Assembly (NCBI GenBank): GCA_016184125.1
Contig: JACPDG010000057.1
Location: 11,485 to 75,484 of the forward strand
From: Candidatus Rokuibacteriota bacterium
GTDB taxonomy: Bacteria; Methylomirabilota; Methylomirabilia; Rokubacteriales; CSP1-6
Direction of reading: 5' to 3'
Length of the DNA: 64,000 nucleotides
The translations under genes and the position numbers were made by a program. The notes beneath the pieces are model-generated. The model saw only the letters and a program-made list of their open reading frames with translations, was not told the origin of the DNA and did not search any database. This document shows, piece by piece, positions 10,457 through 20,191 of this stretch. Each line of letters begins with the position of its first letter. Within the stretch, counting starts at the first letter, position 1.

Positions 10457-11695
10457 ATGCGGCGACCGAGAGTCCTCGCGATGATCATGGCCGGCGGCAA
10501 GGGCGAGCGCCTGCATCCGCTGACCCGCGACCGCTCGAAGCCGGCGGTGCCCTACGGCGGCCGCTGGCGGATCATCGACTTCGTCCTGTCGAACTTCGCG
10601 AACTCCGAGCTGCTGGCGCTCTACGTCCTCGTGCAGTACAAGTCGCAGTCGCTCATCGAGCACCTGCGGCTCGCCTGGCGTACGGGCGGGGTGCTGCAGG
10701 ACTACTTCGTGACCGTCGTGCCGCCACAGATGCGGTTCGGCCCGGCGTGGTACCGCGGCACGGCGGACGCCGTCTTGCAGAACCTCAACCTCGTCGACGA
10801 CTTCAACCCGGACGTCGTCGCGGTCTTCGGCGCCGACCACATCTACCGGATGGACGTGAACCAGATGGTCGCCTTCCACCACGAATCGGGCGCCGAGGTG
10901 ACGATCGCCGCGCGCCGCGTCGATGTGAAGGAGGCGACCGCCTTCGGCGTGCTCGCCGTGGACCGGCACGCGCGGGTCGCCGAGTGGGAGGAGAAGCCGG
11001 CGCAGCCGAAGCCGACGCCCGACGATCCCGCGAGCGCGCTCGTGTCGATGGGCAACTACCTGTTCAACCGCCGGACGCTCGTGGACGCACTGCTGGCCGA
11101 CGCCCGGCGCTCCACCGACCACGACTTCGGCCGCTCCATCATCCCCGAGCTCGTGCCCGCCGGCCGCGTGTTCGTGTACGACTTCCAGCGCAACGAGGTG
11201 CCGGGCACGAAGCCGTACGAGGAGCCCGGCTACTGGCGCGACGTGGGGACGCTCGAGTCGTACTGGGACGCGCACATGGATCTCCTCGGCGAGTCCCCGC
11301 GCCTCGATCTCGACAACCGCCACTGGCCGATCCGCACCGCCTCGCACCCCGGTCCCGCCGCCCGCTTCATCGGCTCGGACGTGGACAACACGCAGGTCGC
11401 CGAGGGCTCGCTGATCAAGCGCGCCACGCTGAGGAACTCGATCCTCGGCCGGAGCGTCTGGGTGAACGAGGGCGCGGTCATCGAGGACTCGATCATCATG
11501 GACCACACGACCGTCGGGAAGGGGGCGAGGCTACGGCGCGCGATCGTCGACCGGTTCAACATCGTCGCCGCGGACACCGAGATCGGGTTCCATCCGGAGA
11601 CGGACCGCCGGCGGTACCACGTCGACCCGTCGGGGCTCGTCGTCGTCCCGCGCGGAGGCCGCAGGGAGTTCCTGCTCGGCCTCGAAGAGCTGTAG
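10457..11695 (+). CDS. glgC: Glucose-1-phosphate adenylyltransferase
   Basis: LAMIMAGGKGERLHPLT..KPAVPYGG..RIIDFVLSN and a full-length match to GlgC architecture. Confidence 0.9.
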   Translation: MRRPRVLAMIMAGGKGERLHPLTRDRSKPAVPYGGRWRIIDFVLSNFANSELLALYVLVQYKSQSLIEHLRLAWRTGGVLQDYFVTVVPPQMRFGPAWYRGTADAVLQNLNLVDDFNPDVVAVFGADHIYRMDVNQMVAFHHESGAEVTIAARRVDVKEATAFGVLAVDRHARVAEWEEKPAQPKPTPDDPASALVSMGNYLFNRRTLVDALLADARRSTDHDFGRSIIPELVPAGRVFVYDFQRNEVPGTKPYEEPGYWRDVGTLESYWDAHMDLLGESPRLDLDNRHWPIRTASHPGPAARFIGSDVDNTQVAEGSLIKRATLRNSILGRSVWVNEGAVIEDSIIMDHTTVGKGARLRRAIVDRFNIVAADTEIGFHPETDRRRYHVDPSGLVVVPRGGRREFLLGLEEL

Positions 11696-11705
11696 GCCCC
11701 GCGTC

Positions 11706-14096
11706 GTGAGTCACCCGCGCTCGATCATCGTCCACGGGCACTTCTACCAGCCGCCGCGCGAGAACCCATGGCTGGAAGAGGTCGAGGTCCAGGACTCCGC
11801 GGCGCCGGCGCACGACTGGAACGAGCGCGTCACCGCCGAGTGCTACGCGCCGAACACCGCCGCGCGACGCGTGAACGCGCACAACCGCATCCACGACATC
11901 GTGAACAACTTCGAGAAGATCTCGTTCAACGTCGGCCCGACGCTCATGAGCTGGCTCGAGCGGCACGCGGAGGACGTGTACCGCACGATCGTCGAGGCCG
12001 ACCGTGTGAGCGCCCGGGAGCGCGGGCACGGCAACGCGCTCGCGCAGGTCTACAACCACATGATCATGCCGCTCGCCACGCGGCGCGACCAGGTCACCCA
12101 GGTGCGCTGGGGGCTGGCGGACTTCCGCAGCCGCTTCTCACGCGAGGCGGAGGGCATGTGGCTGCCGGAGACCGCCGCCGACAGCGAGACGCTCGAGGTG
12201 CTCGCCGAGCACGGCGTGAAGTTCACGATCCTCGCGCCCAACCAGGCGTGGAGGATCCGGCCCCTCGACCGCGACGCGTGGGTCGAGGTCGGCGATCGGA
12301 TCGACCCGAGCCGGCCGTACCTCTGGCGCAGCCGCCGCGGACACGAGCTGACGCTCTTCTTCTACGACGGCCCCATCTCGCGCGCGATCGCGTTCGAGCA
12401 CCTGCTCGAGCGCGGCGAGACGCTCGTCGCACGGCTCAGGGACGGCTTCTCGGACGCCCGCGACTGGCCGGAGCTCGTGCACGGCGCCACCGACGGCGAA
12501 TCCTACGGTCATCACTCCAAGTTCGGCGACATGGCGCTCGCCGCCGCGGTGCAGCAGATCGAGGCGGAAGGGTTCGCGGATCTCACCAACTACGCCGCGT
12601 TCCTCGCCAAGCACCGGCCCACCTGGGCCGTCGAGATCCGCGAGCGGACGTCGTGGAGCTGCGCGCACGGGGTCGAGCGCTGGCGCGCGGACTGCGGTTG
12701 CCGGGTGAACCCGTCGACGCACCAGCGGTGGCGGGCGCCGCTGCGCGAGGCCCTCGACTGGCTGCGCGACCGGGTCGACGGGTGGTACGAGGCGCGTGCG
12801 GGAGCGCTGTTCCAGGACCCCTGGGCGGCACGCGACGAGTACATCGAGGTCATCCTCGACCGGTCTCCGGCGCGCCTGGCGGAGTTCCTCGGGCGCCATC
12901 AGCGCTCCCCGCTCGACGCGGCGGCCACGCTCGAGGCCCGCCGGCTGCTCGAGATGCAGCGCAACCGCTTGCTCATGTACACCTCCTGCGGCTGGTTCTT
13001 CGACGAGCTCAGCGCGCTCGAGCCGGTCCAGATCTTGAAGTACGCGGCCATCGCGATGCAGGACCTGCGGGACCTCGGCGGCGGTCCCCTCGAGCCGGAG
13101 CTCCTCCGGCGGCTCGAAGTCGCGCCGACGAACGTCCGCGAGTTCCGCGACGGCGCCGACGTCTGGCGCCGCCTCGTCCGCCCCGTCGCCGTCGACCTCC
13201 GCCGGGTCGTCGCGCACTATGCCATCAGCGGTCTCCTCGAGGACTACCCGGACGACATGCGGATCTACGCGTTCCGGGTGCGCCGGCTGGACGAAGTCGG
13301 CGAGTCGTACGCCGGCACGGCGCTCCGGATCGCGCACGTCCGCGTCAGCTCGGAGATCACCGGCGACACGAAGGAGCAGATGTACGCCGTGCTGCACTTC
13401 GGCGGGCACGACTTCTCGTGCGGCGTGAGGGCGTGGGAGGACCGGGTCACGTACGACGAGATGAAGGCGCAGCTCACGAGCCGGTACGCGCGCTTCTCGA
13501 TGGCCGACATGGTCCGGGCGATGGACGACTGGTTCCCGGGCCAGTCGTTCTCGCTCCCGCACCTCTTCCTCGAGGAACGGCGCCGCGTCCTCGCGAACGT
13601 CACGCGGGCGGTGCTCGACAAGCACGAGGAGGCGTACCGGCGGATCTGGGACGAGAGCCGCAAGCTCGTGCACTACCTCCGGCAGGCCGATGCGCCGATC
13701 CCCGAGGCGCTCAGGATCGTCGCGCGGCACGTCCTCGAGGAGGAGGCGCGCGCATTGCTCGCGACGGTGCCCCAGGCGCGCGCGATCCCGCACACCCTGT
13801 TCGAGCTCGTCGACGAGGCCCAGGCGCTCGGGCTCACCCTCGACCTCACCCCCGCGCGACCGGCGATGCACGAGGCCGTCCGCACCGCGCTCGCCGCCGT
13901 GGCCGAGGTGCCGCGGCCCGAACGCGCGGCCGACGCCCTCGCGCTCGTGTCCGGCGCTCAGCAGCTCGGTGTGCGGTTCGGCCTCTGGGCGGTCCAGAAC
14001 CAGTTCTTCGACATCTGGCGCGCGCGGCCCGGCGACCGACTGGTGCTGCAACCGCTCGCGCTCGCCCTCGGCTTCGAGCTGCCGCTGACGCCGTGA
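11706..14096 (+). CDS. GH57-family glycoside hydrolase with DUF3536 C-terminal domain
   Basis: N-terminal IIVHGHFYQPPREN..NVGPTLMSWLE (GH57). A long C-terminal extension, 796 aa in total. It ends with TGA overlapping the treY GTG (GTGA). Confidence 0.75.
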   Translation: MSHPRSIIVHGHFYQPPRENPWLEEVEVQDSAAPAHDWNERVTAECYAPNTAARRVNAHNRIHDIVNNFEKISFNVGPTLMSWLERHAEDVYRTIVEADRVSARERGHGNALAQVYNHMIMPLATRRDQVTQVRWGLADFRSRFSREAEGMWLPETAADSETLEVLAEHGVKFTILAPNQAWRIRPLDRDAWVEVGDRIDPSRPYLWRSRRGHELTLFFYDGPISRAIAFEHLLERGETLVARLRDGFSDARDWPELVHGATDGESYGHHSKFGDMALAAAVQQIEAEGFADLTNYAAFLAKHRPTWAVEIRERTSWSCAHGVERWRADCGCRVNPSTHQRWRAPLREALDWLRDRVDGWYEARAGALFQDPWAARDEYIEVILDRSPARLAEFLGRHQRSPLDAAATLEARRLLEMQRNRLLMYTSCGWFFDELSALEPVQILKYAAIAMQDLRDLGGGPLEPELLRRLEVAPTNVREFRDGADVWRRLVRPVAVDLRRVVAHYAISGLLEDYPDDMRIYAFRVRRLDEVGESYAGTALRIAHVRVSSEITGDTKEQMYAVLHFGGHDFSCGVRAWEDRVTYDEMKAQLTSRYARFSMADMVRAMDDWFPGQSFSLPHLFLEERRRVLANVTRAVLDKHEEAYRRIWDESRKLVHYLRQADAPIPEALRIVARHVLEEEARALLATVPQARAIPHTLFELVDEAQALGLTLDLTPARPAMHEAVRTALAAVAEVPRPERAADALALVSGAQQLGVRFGLWAVQNQFFDIWRARPGDRLVLQPLALALGFELPLTP

Positions 14097-16972
14097 GCAG
14101 CCTGAACCGTCTTCGCAGCGAGCCCGACGCGCTGCGCCGGGTCCCGGTGGCGACCTACCGCTTGCAGCTCTCGCCCGATCTCGACTTCGACGCGGCCGCA
14201 TCCCTCGTCGACTACCTCGATGCCCTCGGCGTGACCGACGTCTACACGTCGCCGTTCTTCGAGACCGCGTCGGACGCCTCGCACGGCTACGACGTCAGCG
14301 ACCACGGGCGACTGCGGGACGAGCTCGGCGGCGAGGCGGCCTTCGCACGGGTTGCCGACGCGCTCAAGCGCCGCGGCCTCGGTCTGCTCGTGGACCTGGT
14401 GCCGAACCACATGGGCATCGCACGCGCGAGGAACGCGTGGTGGCGCGACGTGCTGGAGAACGGGCCGTCGTCGGCCTATGCCTCGGTGTTCGACATCGAC
14501 TGGGACCCGGTGAAGCCGGAGCTGCACGGCAAGGTGCTGCTGCCGATCCTCGGCGACCAGTACGGCGCCGTCCTCGACTCCGGCCGGCTGAGCCTCGAGC
14601 TCGATGACGGGCTGTTCTGGGTGCGCTACTACGAGACGCGGCTGCCGGTGGCGCCACCGACGTACGGCCGCGTGCTGAGCCACGGGATCGAGGAGCTCCA
14701 GAGCAGGCTCGGCGCCGAGCACCCCGCCATCGTCGAGCTCAAGAGCGTCATCACCTGGTTCGCCACGATTCCGCCGCCCCACGCCGGCGATCCGGGACGG
14801 CTGGCCGCGAGCGCCGACCACAAGGAATCGGGCCGGCAGCGCCTCGTCCGCCTGCTCGCCAAGTGGCCGGACGTCCGCGCGTTCCTCGAGGACACCGTCC
14901 GGCGCTTCAACGGCACGCCGGGCGATCCGCGGAGCTTCGACCTGCTCGACGCGCTCCTCGGCGATCAGGCGTACCGGCTGGCGTACTGGCGAGTGGCCGG
15001 CGAAGAGATCAACTACCGGCGCTTCTTCGACATCAACGACCTCGCGGCGATCCGGGTGGAGGAGCCGCGCGTGTTCGCGGAGACGCACCGCCTCGTCCTT
15101 CGCCTCGTCGGTGACGGCACGGTGACCGGCCTGCGCGTCGACCATCCCGACGGGCTCTACGCTCCGGCCGAGTACTTCCGCCGGCTGCAGGAGGGGTGCC
15201 TCGAGGCGACCGGCGGCAGCGGGGAGGCGCCACGCCCGTTCTACATCGTCGCGGAGAAGATCCTGTCGCCCGGCGAGCGGTTGCCGGACACGTGGGCGGT
15301 CGCCGGCACGACCGGCTACGACTTCCTGAACCTGGTCAACGGCATCTTCGTCGATCGCCGCCAGGCGCGGGCCCTCGAGCAGCTCTACACGCGCCTGACC
15401 CACGAGCGGGTCTCGTTCGCGGAGATCGTCTACACCGCGAAGCGCGTCATCATGGAGACGTCGATGGCGTCCGAGCTCAACATGCTCGGTCACCGGCTCA
15501 ACCGCATCTCGGAGAAACACCGGTCGTCGCGTGACTTCACGCTGCGCAGCCTCATCCGGGCGCTCCGGCAGATCATCGCGTGCTTCCCGGTCTACCGGAC
15601 GTACTTCGGCGACGAGGGCGACGAGACCCACGATCGCGCGACCCTCGAGCGGGCGGTCGAGCTCGCGAAGCGGCGCCACCCGGGCGTCGATGCCTCCGTC
15701 TACGACTGGATCCACCGGCTGCTCGCGCTGGAGCTCCCGCCGTGGGCCGGCGAGCAGGACCGTCGCGAGCGGCTCGACTTCGTGATGCGATTCCAGCAGA
15801 TCACGGGTCCCGTGACGGCGAAGGGCTACGAGGACACCGCGCTCTACCGCTATCACCGCCTCGTCTCGCTGAACGAGGTCGGCGGCGATCCGAGCCGCTT
15901 CGGCACGTCGATCGCCGAGTTCCACGCCGCGATGCGCGAGCGGCAGGCGGATGCCCCGGCCGGGCTTTCGACGACGGCGACCCACGACACCAAGCGCGGC
16001 GAGGACGTGCGGGCGCGGATCAACGTCCTCTCCGAGATCCCGGCGGAGTGGCGCCGCCGCGTCGCCCGGTGGCAGCGCCTGAACCGCCGGCACCGCACGG
16101 TGGTCGACGGGCGGCCGGTCCCCGGGCCGACCGAGGAATACCTCATCTACCAGACGCTCGCCGGCGCCTGGCCGATCACCGCGGAGCGCGTGCGGGCGTA
16201 CGTCGTGAAGGCGATGCGCGAGGCGAAGAGCTCGACGAGCTGGATCACCCAGAACGAGCGGTACGAAGAGGCGATGCTCCGGTTCACGGACACCGTGCTC
16301 GACCGGCGCCGGTCGCGCGAGTTCCTCCGCGACCTGGGCGAGTTCCAGGAGCGCGTGGCGCACTTCGGACGGCTCAACGGCCTCGCGCAGGTGCTCGTGA
16401 AGATCGCCGCGCCGGGTGTTCCCGACTTCTACCAGGGCACGGAGCTGTGGGACCTGGCGCTCGTGGACCCCGACAACCGGCGTCCCGTCGACTTCGCCCT
16501 GCGCCGGCGGCTGCTCGACGAGCTGGCGATGGAGATCGAGACGACGAGCGACCTGTCGGCGCTGGCCCGGCGGCTCGCCGAGACGGCGGCGGACGGTCGC
16601 GTGAAGCTCTACCTGATCCGCCAGGCCCTCGCGTTCCGCCGCCGCCATCGCGGGCTGTTCCTCGCGGGCGCCTACGAGGCGATCGACGCCGCCGGACCGT
16701 GGGCGGACAGCGTGTGCGCCTTCGCGCGCGTGCATGGGCTCGAGGCCGCGCTCGTCGTGGTGCCGCGCCTGCTCGCGTCACGGAGTGCCGACGGCCTGCC
16801 GCTCGGCGAGGCGTTCTGGGAGTCGACGCGCCTCGAGGTGCCGGCGACAGCGCGCGGCGTCTATCGCGATGTCTTCACGGGCCACCGCGTCGAGGTGAGC
16901 TCCGACGGCCTGGTGCCGGTCGCCCACCTCCTCGCCGGCTTTCCCGTGGCCCTGCTCGGACGCGAGCCGTGA
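14093..16972 (+). CDS. treY: Malto-oligosyltrehalose synthase
   Basis: GTG start overlapping the previous stop. ATYRLQLSPDLDFDAAASLVDYLDALGVTDVYTSPFFE..VDLVPNHMG..GLRVDHPDGL are typical TreY motifs. It forms part of a spurious 1734-aa ORF in the same frame upstream. Confidence 0.85.
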   Translation: MSSLNRLRSEPDALRRVPVATYRLQLSPDLDFDAAASLVDYLDALGVTDVYTSPFFETASDASHGYDVSDHGRLRDELGGEAAFARVADALKRRGLGLLVDLVPNHMGIARARNAWWRDVLENGPSSAYASVFDIDWDPVKPELHGKVLLPILGDQYGAVLDSGRLSLELDDGLFWVRYYETRLPVAPPTYGRVLSHGIEELQSRLGAEHPAIVELKSVITWFATIPPPHAGDPGRLAASADHKESGRQRLVRLLAKWPDVRAFLEDTVRRFNGTPGDPRSFDLLDALLGDQAYRLAYWRVAGEEINYRRFFDINDLAAIRVEEPRVFAETHRLVLRLVGDGTVTGLRVDHPDGLYAPAEYFRRLQEGCLEATGGSGEAPRPFYIVAEKILSPGERLPDTWAVAGTTGYDFLNLVNGIFVDRRQARALEQLYTRLTHERVSFAEIVYTAKRVIMETSMASELNMLGHRLNRISEKHRSSRDFTLRSLIRALRQIIACFPVYRTYFGDEGDETHDRATLERAVELAKRRHPGVDASVYDWIHRLLALELPPWAGEQDRRERLDFVMRFQQITGPVTAKGYEDTALYRYHRLVSLNEVGGDPSRFGTSIAEFHAAMRERQADAPAGLSTTATHDTKRGEDVRARINVLSEIPAEWRRRVARWQRLNRRHRTVVDGRPVPGPTEEYLIYQTLAGAWPITAERVRAYVVKAMREAKSSTSWITQNERYEEAMLRFTDTVLDRRRSREFLRDLGEFQERVAHFGRLNGLAQVLVKIAAPGVPDFYQGTELWDLALVDPDNRRPVDFALRRRLLDELAMEIETTSDLSALARRLAETAADGRVKLYLIRQALAFRRRHRGLFLAGAYEAIDAAGPWADSVCAFARVHGLEAALVVVPRLLASRSADGLPLGEAFWESTRLEVPATARGVYRDVFTGHRVEVSSDGLVPVAHLLAGFPVALLGREP

Positions 16973-17628
16973 GCGTGCACACCTTCCAGTTCGTCGGGTG
17001 CGTGGAGGTGCGCCAGGCGCTCGACCGTCGCGCGCTCGACGAGCGCGAGCTCATGGACCGTCTCGAGGAGGTGCCGGCCGGGTCGATCGCCTACCACACG
17101 CATGGCTACTTCCTGCGCCACCGGCCGTTCACGACGCCGTACGGCAACGACTTCGCGGCGTGGGTCGCGGTGCACGTGCGCGACCAGGCGCTGGCCGAGC
17201 GCCTGGCCGTGATCAACCCGTTCGAGTTCACGGACGTCGAGGACCTCCGCGAGGAGCTCACCTCGACGATCCACGACCACCTCCTCCGGCTCTCGTCCGT
17301 CCCGCAGGTCGAGTTCGGCGAGCCGTTCTACTTCCAGCAGTCCCACCTGGTGGAGGTGCCGCTCGGACCGGCGTGCACCACGCTCGCAGAGTTCCGCGCG
17401 CAGCTCGGCGAGGTCGAATCGAGCGCGATCTACGTGCACATGGTCGAGGCGCGGACCCGGCTCGGGCGCCGATCCGACGACTTCGCCGAGTGGCTCCGCA
17501 CCTCGCTCGGACTCGCCGATCTCGCCGAGCGCATCGAGCGCATCGACACCTACATGACGAGCCTCGAGCGGGTGCGGGCGCGCATCCTGTCCCTCGTCGA
17601 CGCCGCGCTCGCGGAGCCGCGATCGTGA
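16969..17628 (+). CDS. Conserved hypothetical protein, translationally coupled between treY and treT
   Basis: GTG start overlapping the treY stop (GTGA), 219 aa, protein-like composition (VSVHTFQFVGCVEVRQALDRRALDEREL..). Its TGA stop overlaps the treT GTG. Confidence 0.5.
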   Translation: MSVHTFQFVGCVEVRQALDRRALDERELMDRLEEVPAGSIAYHTHGYFLRHRPFTTPYGNDFAAWVAVHVRDQALAERLAVINPFEFTDVEDLREELTSTIHDHLLRLSSVPQVEFGEPFYFQQSHLVEVPLGPACTTLAEFRAQLGEVESSAIYVHMVEARTRLGRRSDDFAEWLRTSLGLADLAERIERIDTYMTSLERVRARILSLVDAALAEPRS

Positions 17629-18815
17629 GGCTCGACGACTACCGGGCTGTCGCGCCACGCGGCGCGCTCGACATCATCCACCGGCTCGCCGAGCGCCTCG
17701 CCGGCAGGCGCGTGCTGCACGTGAGCGCGGGGCGGTTCGGGACCGGCTCGGCCGAGATGCTGACCACCGTGGTGCCGCTGATCGCCGACGTGGGGATCGA
17801 GGCGAGCTGGGAGATCACCGGCGGGGATCCGCCGTTCTACGCGACCGCCCGTGCGCTCGGCGCGGCGCTCGAGGGCCGTGAGCGCGTGCTCGACGACGAG
17901 GCGCTCGACCACTACGTCGAGATGAACCGGGTCAACGCGAAGAAGCTGCGCCTCGACGCTGACGTCGTCATCGTGCATGACGTGCAGCCGGCGACGCTCG
18001 TCACGGACCGTCCGGCGGAGGGCCGCTGGCTCTGGCGCTGCCACTTCGACTGCTCGCGGCCGACCCGGCGCGCGTGGTCGTTCATGCGCCGGTTTCTCGG
18101 GCAGTACGACGCCGCCGTGTTCTCGCTGCCGAAGTTCACGCGGCGACTGACGGTCCCCCACTACGTGATCCACCCCGCGATCGACCCGCTGTCGGACAAG
18201 AACCGCGACCTCGGCCCGCTCCAGATCACGCGGCAGCTCGACGCGCTCCGCGTCCCTCGCGACCGGCCGCTCCTGGTGCAGGTCGGTCCCTTCACGCGCG
18301 CCGCCGACCCGCTCGGCGTGGTCAACGCGTACCGGCTCGTGCGGCGCTACCACCACGTGCGGCTGGTCCTCGCCGGGACCGCCGGCGAGGACCAGGAGAG
18401 CGTCGAGGTCCTGGGCGAACTGCGGGAGGTGGCGCAGCACGACCCGGACGTGATCGTGCTCGAGCTGCCGCCGGAGGCGCACCTGCAGATCAACGCGCTC
18501 CAGCGGGCCGCGACGATCGTCCTCCAGAAGTCGCTGCGCGAGGGGTTCGGTCTCGGGGCGGCCGAGGCGATGTGGAAGGGCAAACCCGTCATCGGCGGCT
18601 CTGCAGGCGGGTTGACGCAGCAGATCATCTACGACGTCACCGGGTACACCGTCCACTCGGTGGACGGTGCCGCCTTCCGCATCCGCCACCTGCTCAACCA
18701 CCCGGAGCTGATCGCCCGCATGGGCGCGGCGGGCCGCGAGCACGTGCGGCGCTCGTTCCTCGCGACGCGCCACCTGACCGACTCCCTGGCGTTGCTGATC
18801 CACGTGATGCGATGA
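17625..18815 (+). CDS. treT: Trehalose glycosyltransferring synthase (GT4)
   Basis: WLWRCHFD, IDPLSDKN and REGFGLGAAEAMWKGKPVIGGSAGG closely match archaeal and bacterial TreT. About 396 aa from the GTG start. Confidence 0.8.
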   Translation: MRLDDYRAVAPRGALDIIHRLAERLAGRRVLHVSAGRFGTGSAEMLTTVVPLIADVGIEASWEITGGDPPFYATARALGAALEGRERVLDDEALDHYVEMNRVNAKKLRLDADVVIVHDVQPATLVTDRPAEGRWLWRCHFDCSRPTRRAWSFMRRFLGQYDAAVFSLPKFTRRLTVPHYVIHPAIDPLSDKNRDLGPLQITRQLDALRVPRDRPLLVQVGPFTRAADPLGVVNAYRLVRRYHHVRLVLAGTAGEDQESVEVLGELREVAQHDPDVIVLELPPEAHLQINALQRAATIVLQKSLREGFGLGAAEAMWKGKPVIGGSAGGLTQQIIYDVTGYTVHSVDGAAFRIRHLLNHPELIARMGAAGREHVRRSFLATRHLTDSLALLIHVMR

Positions 18816-20191
18816 GCGAGCCGAGCGGTGACCGGGCCGAGGGGCCGGCCGCGCCCGAGGGGCGCGCGGCCGCGCCCGAGGGGCGCGCGGCCGCGCCCGA
18901 GGGGCGCGCGGCCGCGCCCGAGGGGCGCGCGGCCGCGCCCGAGGGCGTCGACGACCTCGGGCCGGGAGTCGGGGAGGCGCTGGAGCGCCTGCGGCCACGG
19001 GACCTCGCCGTGGGCATGCTCACGTACAACAACGCGGAGACGGCCGCGGCCGTCGCGCAGAGCGCGGTCCGGGGCATCGAGCAGTATCTTCCCGGCACGT
19101 CGGCGGTGATCCTCAGCGTCGACACCGGGTCCGTGGACGGGACGCCGGACACCCTCGTCGGGCCGTCGGCGGTGCCCGTCGTGTCGATGGTCCACCAGGC
19201 GCGGCTGGCCGAGCGTCTGACCGTCCCGTTCCACGGGGTACCGGGACGCAGCGAAGCGCTGCGCCGAACGCTCGCCGCGTCGCACCGGCTCGGCGCGCGG
19301 GCCCTGGTCCTGCTGGAGGCGGATCTCGCGTCGCCGCCACCCGAGTGGGTGGCGCGCCTGGCGCTGCCGGTGCTCGAAGACAAGGCCGGCTTCGTCGCGC
19401 CGGTCTACGCGCGGCACCGCTACGAGGGGACGATCACGAATCTCCTGCTGGCGCCGCTGATCCGCGCGCTCTACGGGCGCCGTGTCCGGCAGCCGTTCGG
19501 CGGCGAGCAGGCGCTGTCCGGGCGGCTCGTGGACCACCTGCTGATCCACCCGCAGTGGGACTGGCGGAGCGACGATCTGAGCGATGTCTGGGTGCTCGGC
19601 ACGGCCATCGCCGACGGCTTCAGCGTGTGGGAGACCTGGCTCGGCCGCCGGACGATCCGCTCGCGCGCCCGCACCACGGACCTGCCCTCGATGCTCGCGC
19701 AGACGCTCGGCGCCGTCTTCGCCGTCATGCACCGCCACCAGGACCTGTGGCTCGACGTCCGCGGCAGCGAGCCGCTGCCAGAAGTCGGCGAGCGCGTGCT
19801 GCCCGCGGTCGACCCCATCGAGGTCGACGTGCCCCGCATGATCGAGGGCTTTCGCCTGGGTCTCAGGGACCTCGTGCCGATCTGGGAGCACATCCTGGCG
19901 CCGGAGACGCTGGGCGACGTGCTGTCGCTCGAGACGGTCGACCCGGCGGAGTTCCGGTTCCCCGACGACGTGTGGGCGCGCGTCGCCTACGACTTCGCCC
20001 TCGGCTATCACTACGACGTCGTGTACCGCGACCACCTGCTCCGCTCGCTGGCGCCGCTCTACCTGGGCCGCACGGCAGCGTTCGTCCGGCAGACGCAGGG
20101 TCGCAGCGCAGAGGCCACGGAGGCGATGCTGGACGCCGTGGGCGCCGCGTTCGAGCGCCAGAAACCGTACCTGACGGACCGGTGGAGATGA
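18812..20191 (+). CDS. Glycosyltransferase (GT2/GT-A-like) with N-terminal (PEGRAAA)n repeat
   Basis: ATG overlaps the treT stop (ATGA). VGMLTYNNAETAAAV..SVDTGSVDGTPD resembles the GT2 PTYNE...DDGSTD region. The N-terminus is encoded by a perfect 21-bp tandem repeat. The precise family is unknown. Confidence 0.55.
   Translation: MSEPSGDRAEGPAAPEGRAAAPEGRAAAPEGRAAAPEGRAAAPEGVDDLGPGVGEALERLRPRDLAVGMLTYNNAETAAAVAQSAVRGIEQYLPGTSAVILSVDTGSVDGTPDTLVGPSAVPVVSMVHQARLAERLTVPFHGVPGRSEALRRTLAASHRLGARALVLLEADLASPPPEWVARLALPVLEDKAGFVAPVYARHRYEGTITNLLLAPLIRALYGRRVRQPFGGEQALSGRLVDHLLIHPQWDWRSDDLSDVWVLGTAIADGFSVWETWLGRRTIRSRARTTDLPSMLAQTLGAVFAVMHRHQDLWLDVRGSEPLPEVGERVLPAVDPIEVDVPRMIEGFRLGLRDLVPIWEHILAPETLGDVLSLETVDPAEFRFPDDVWARVAYDFALGYHYDVVYRDHLLRSLAPLYLGRTAAFVRQTQGRSAEATEAMLDAVGAAFERQKPYLTDRWR
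18845..18953 (+). repeat. Perfect 21-bp tandem repeat x5 (GCCCGAGGGGCGCGCGGCCGC) encoding (PEGRAAA)n at the N-terminus of the GT2-like gene
   Basis: Four identical 21-bp units plus one variant unit, read directly from the sequence. Confidence 0.9.

Noticed and set aside
11768-16972. Very long alternative-frame ORFs (for example 1734 aa at 11768..16972, 1146 aa at 22183..25623, 943 aa at 33764..36595, 925 aa at 13958..16735(-), 617 aa at 3865..5718(-))
   Set aside because: They are Arg/Ala/Pro/Gly-rich, low-complexity translations typical of stop-codon-poor off-frames in 70% GC DNA. They overlap genes with clear domain motifs. In several cases only their terminal segment is the real gene in the same frame (treY, mak, PCuAC-like, copA antisense).
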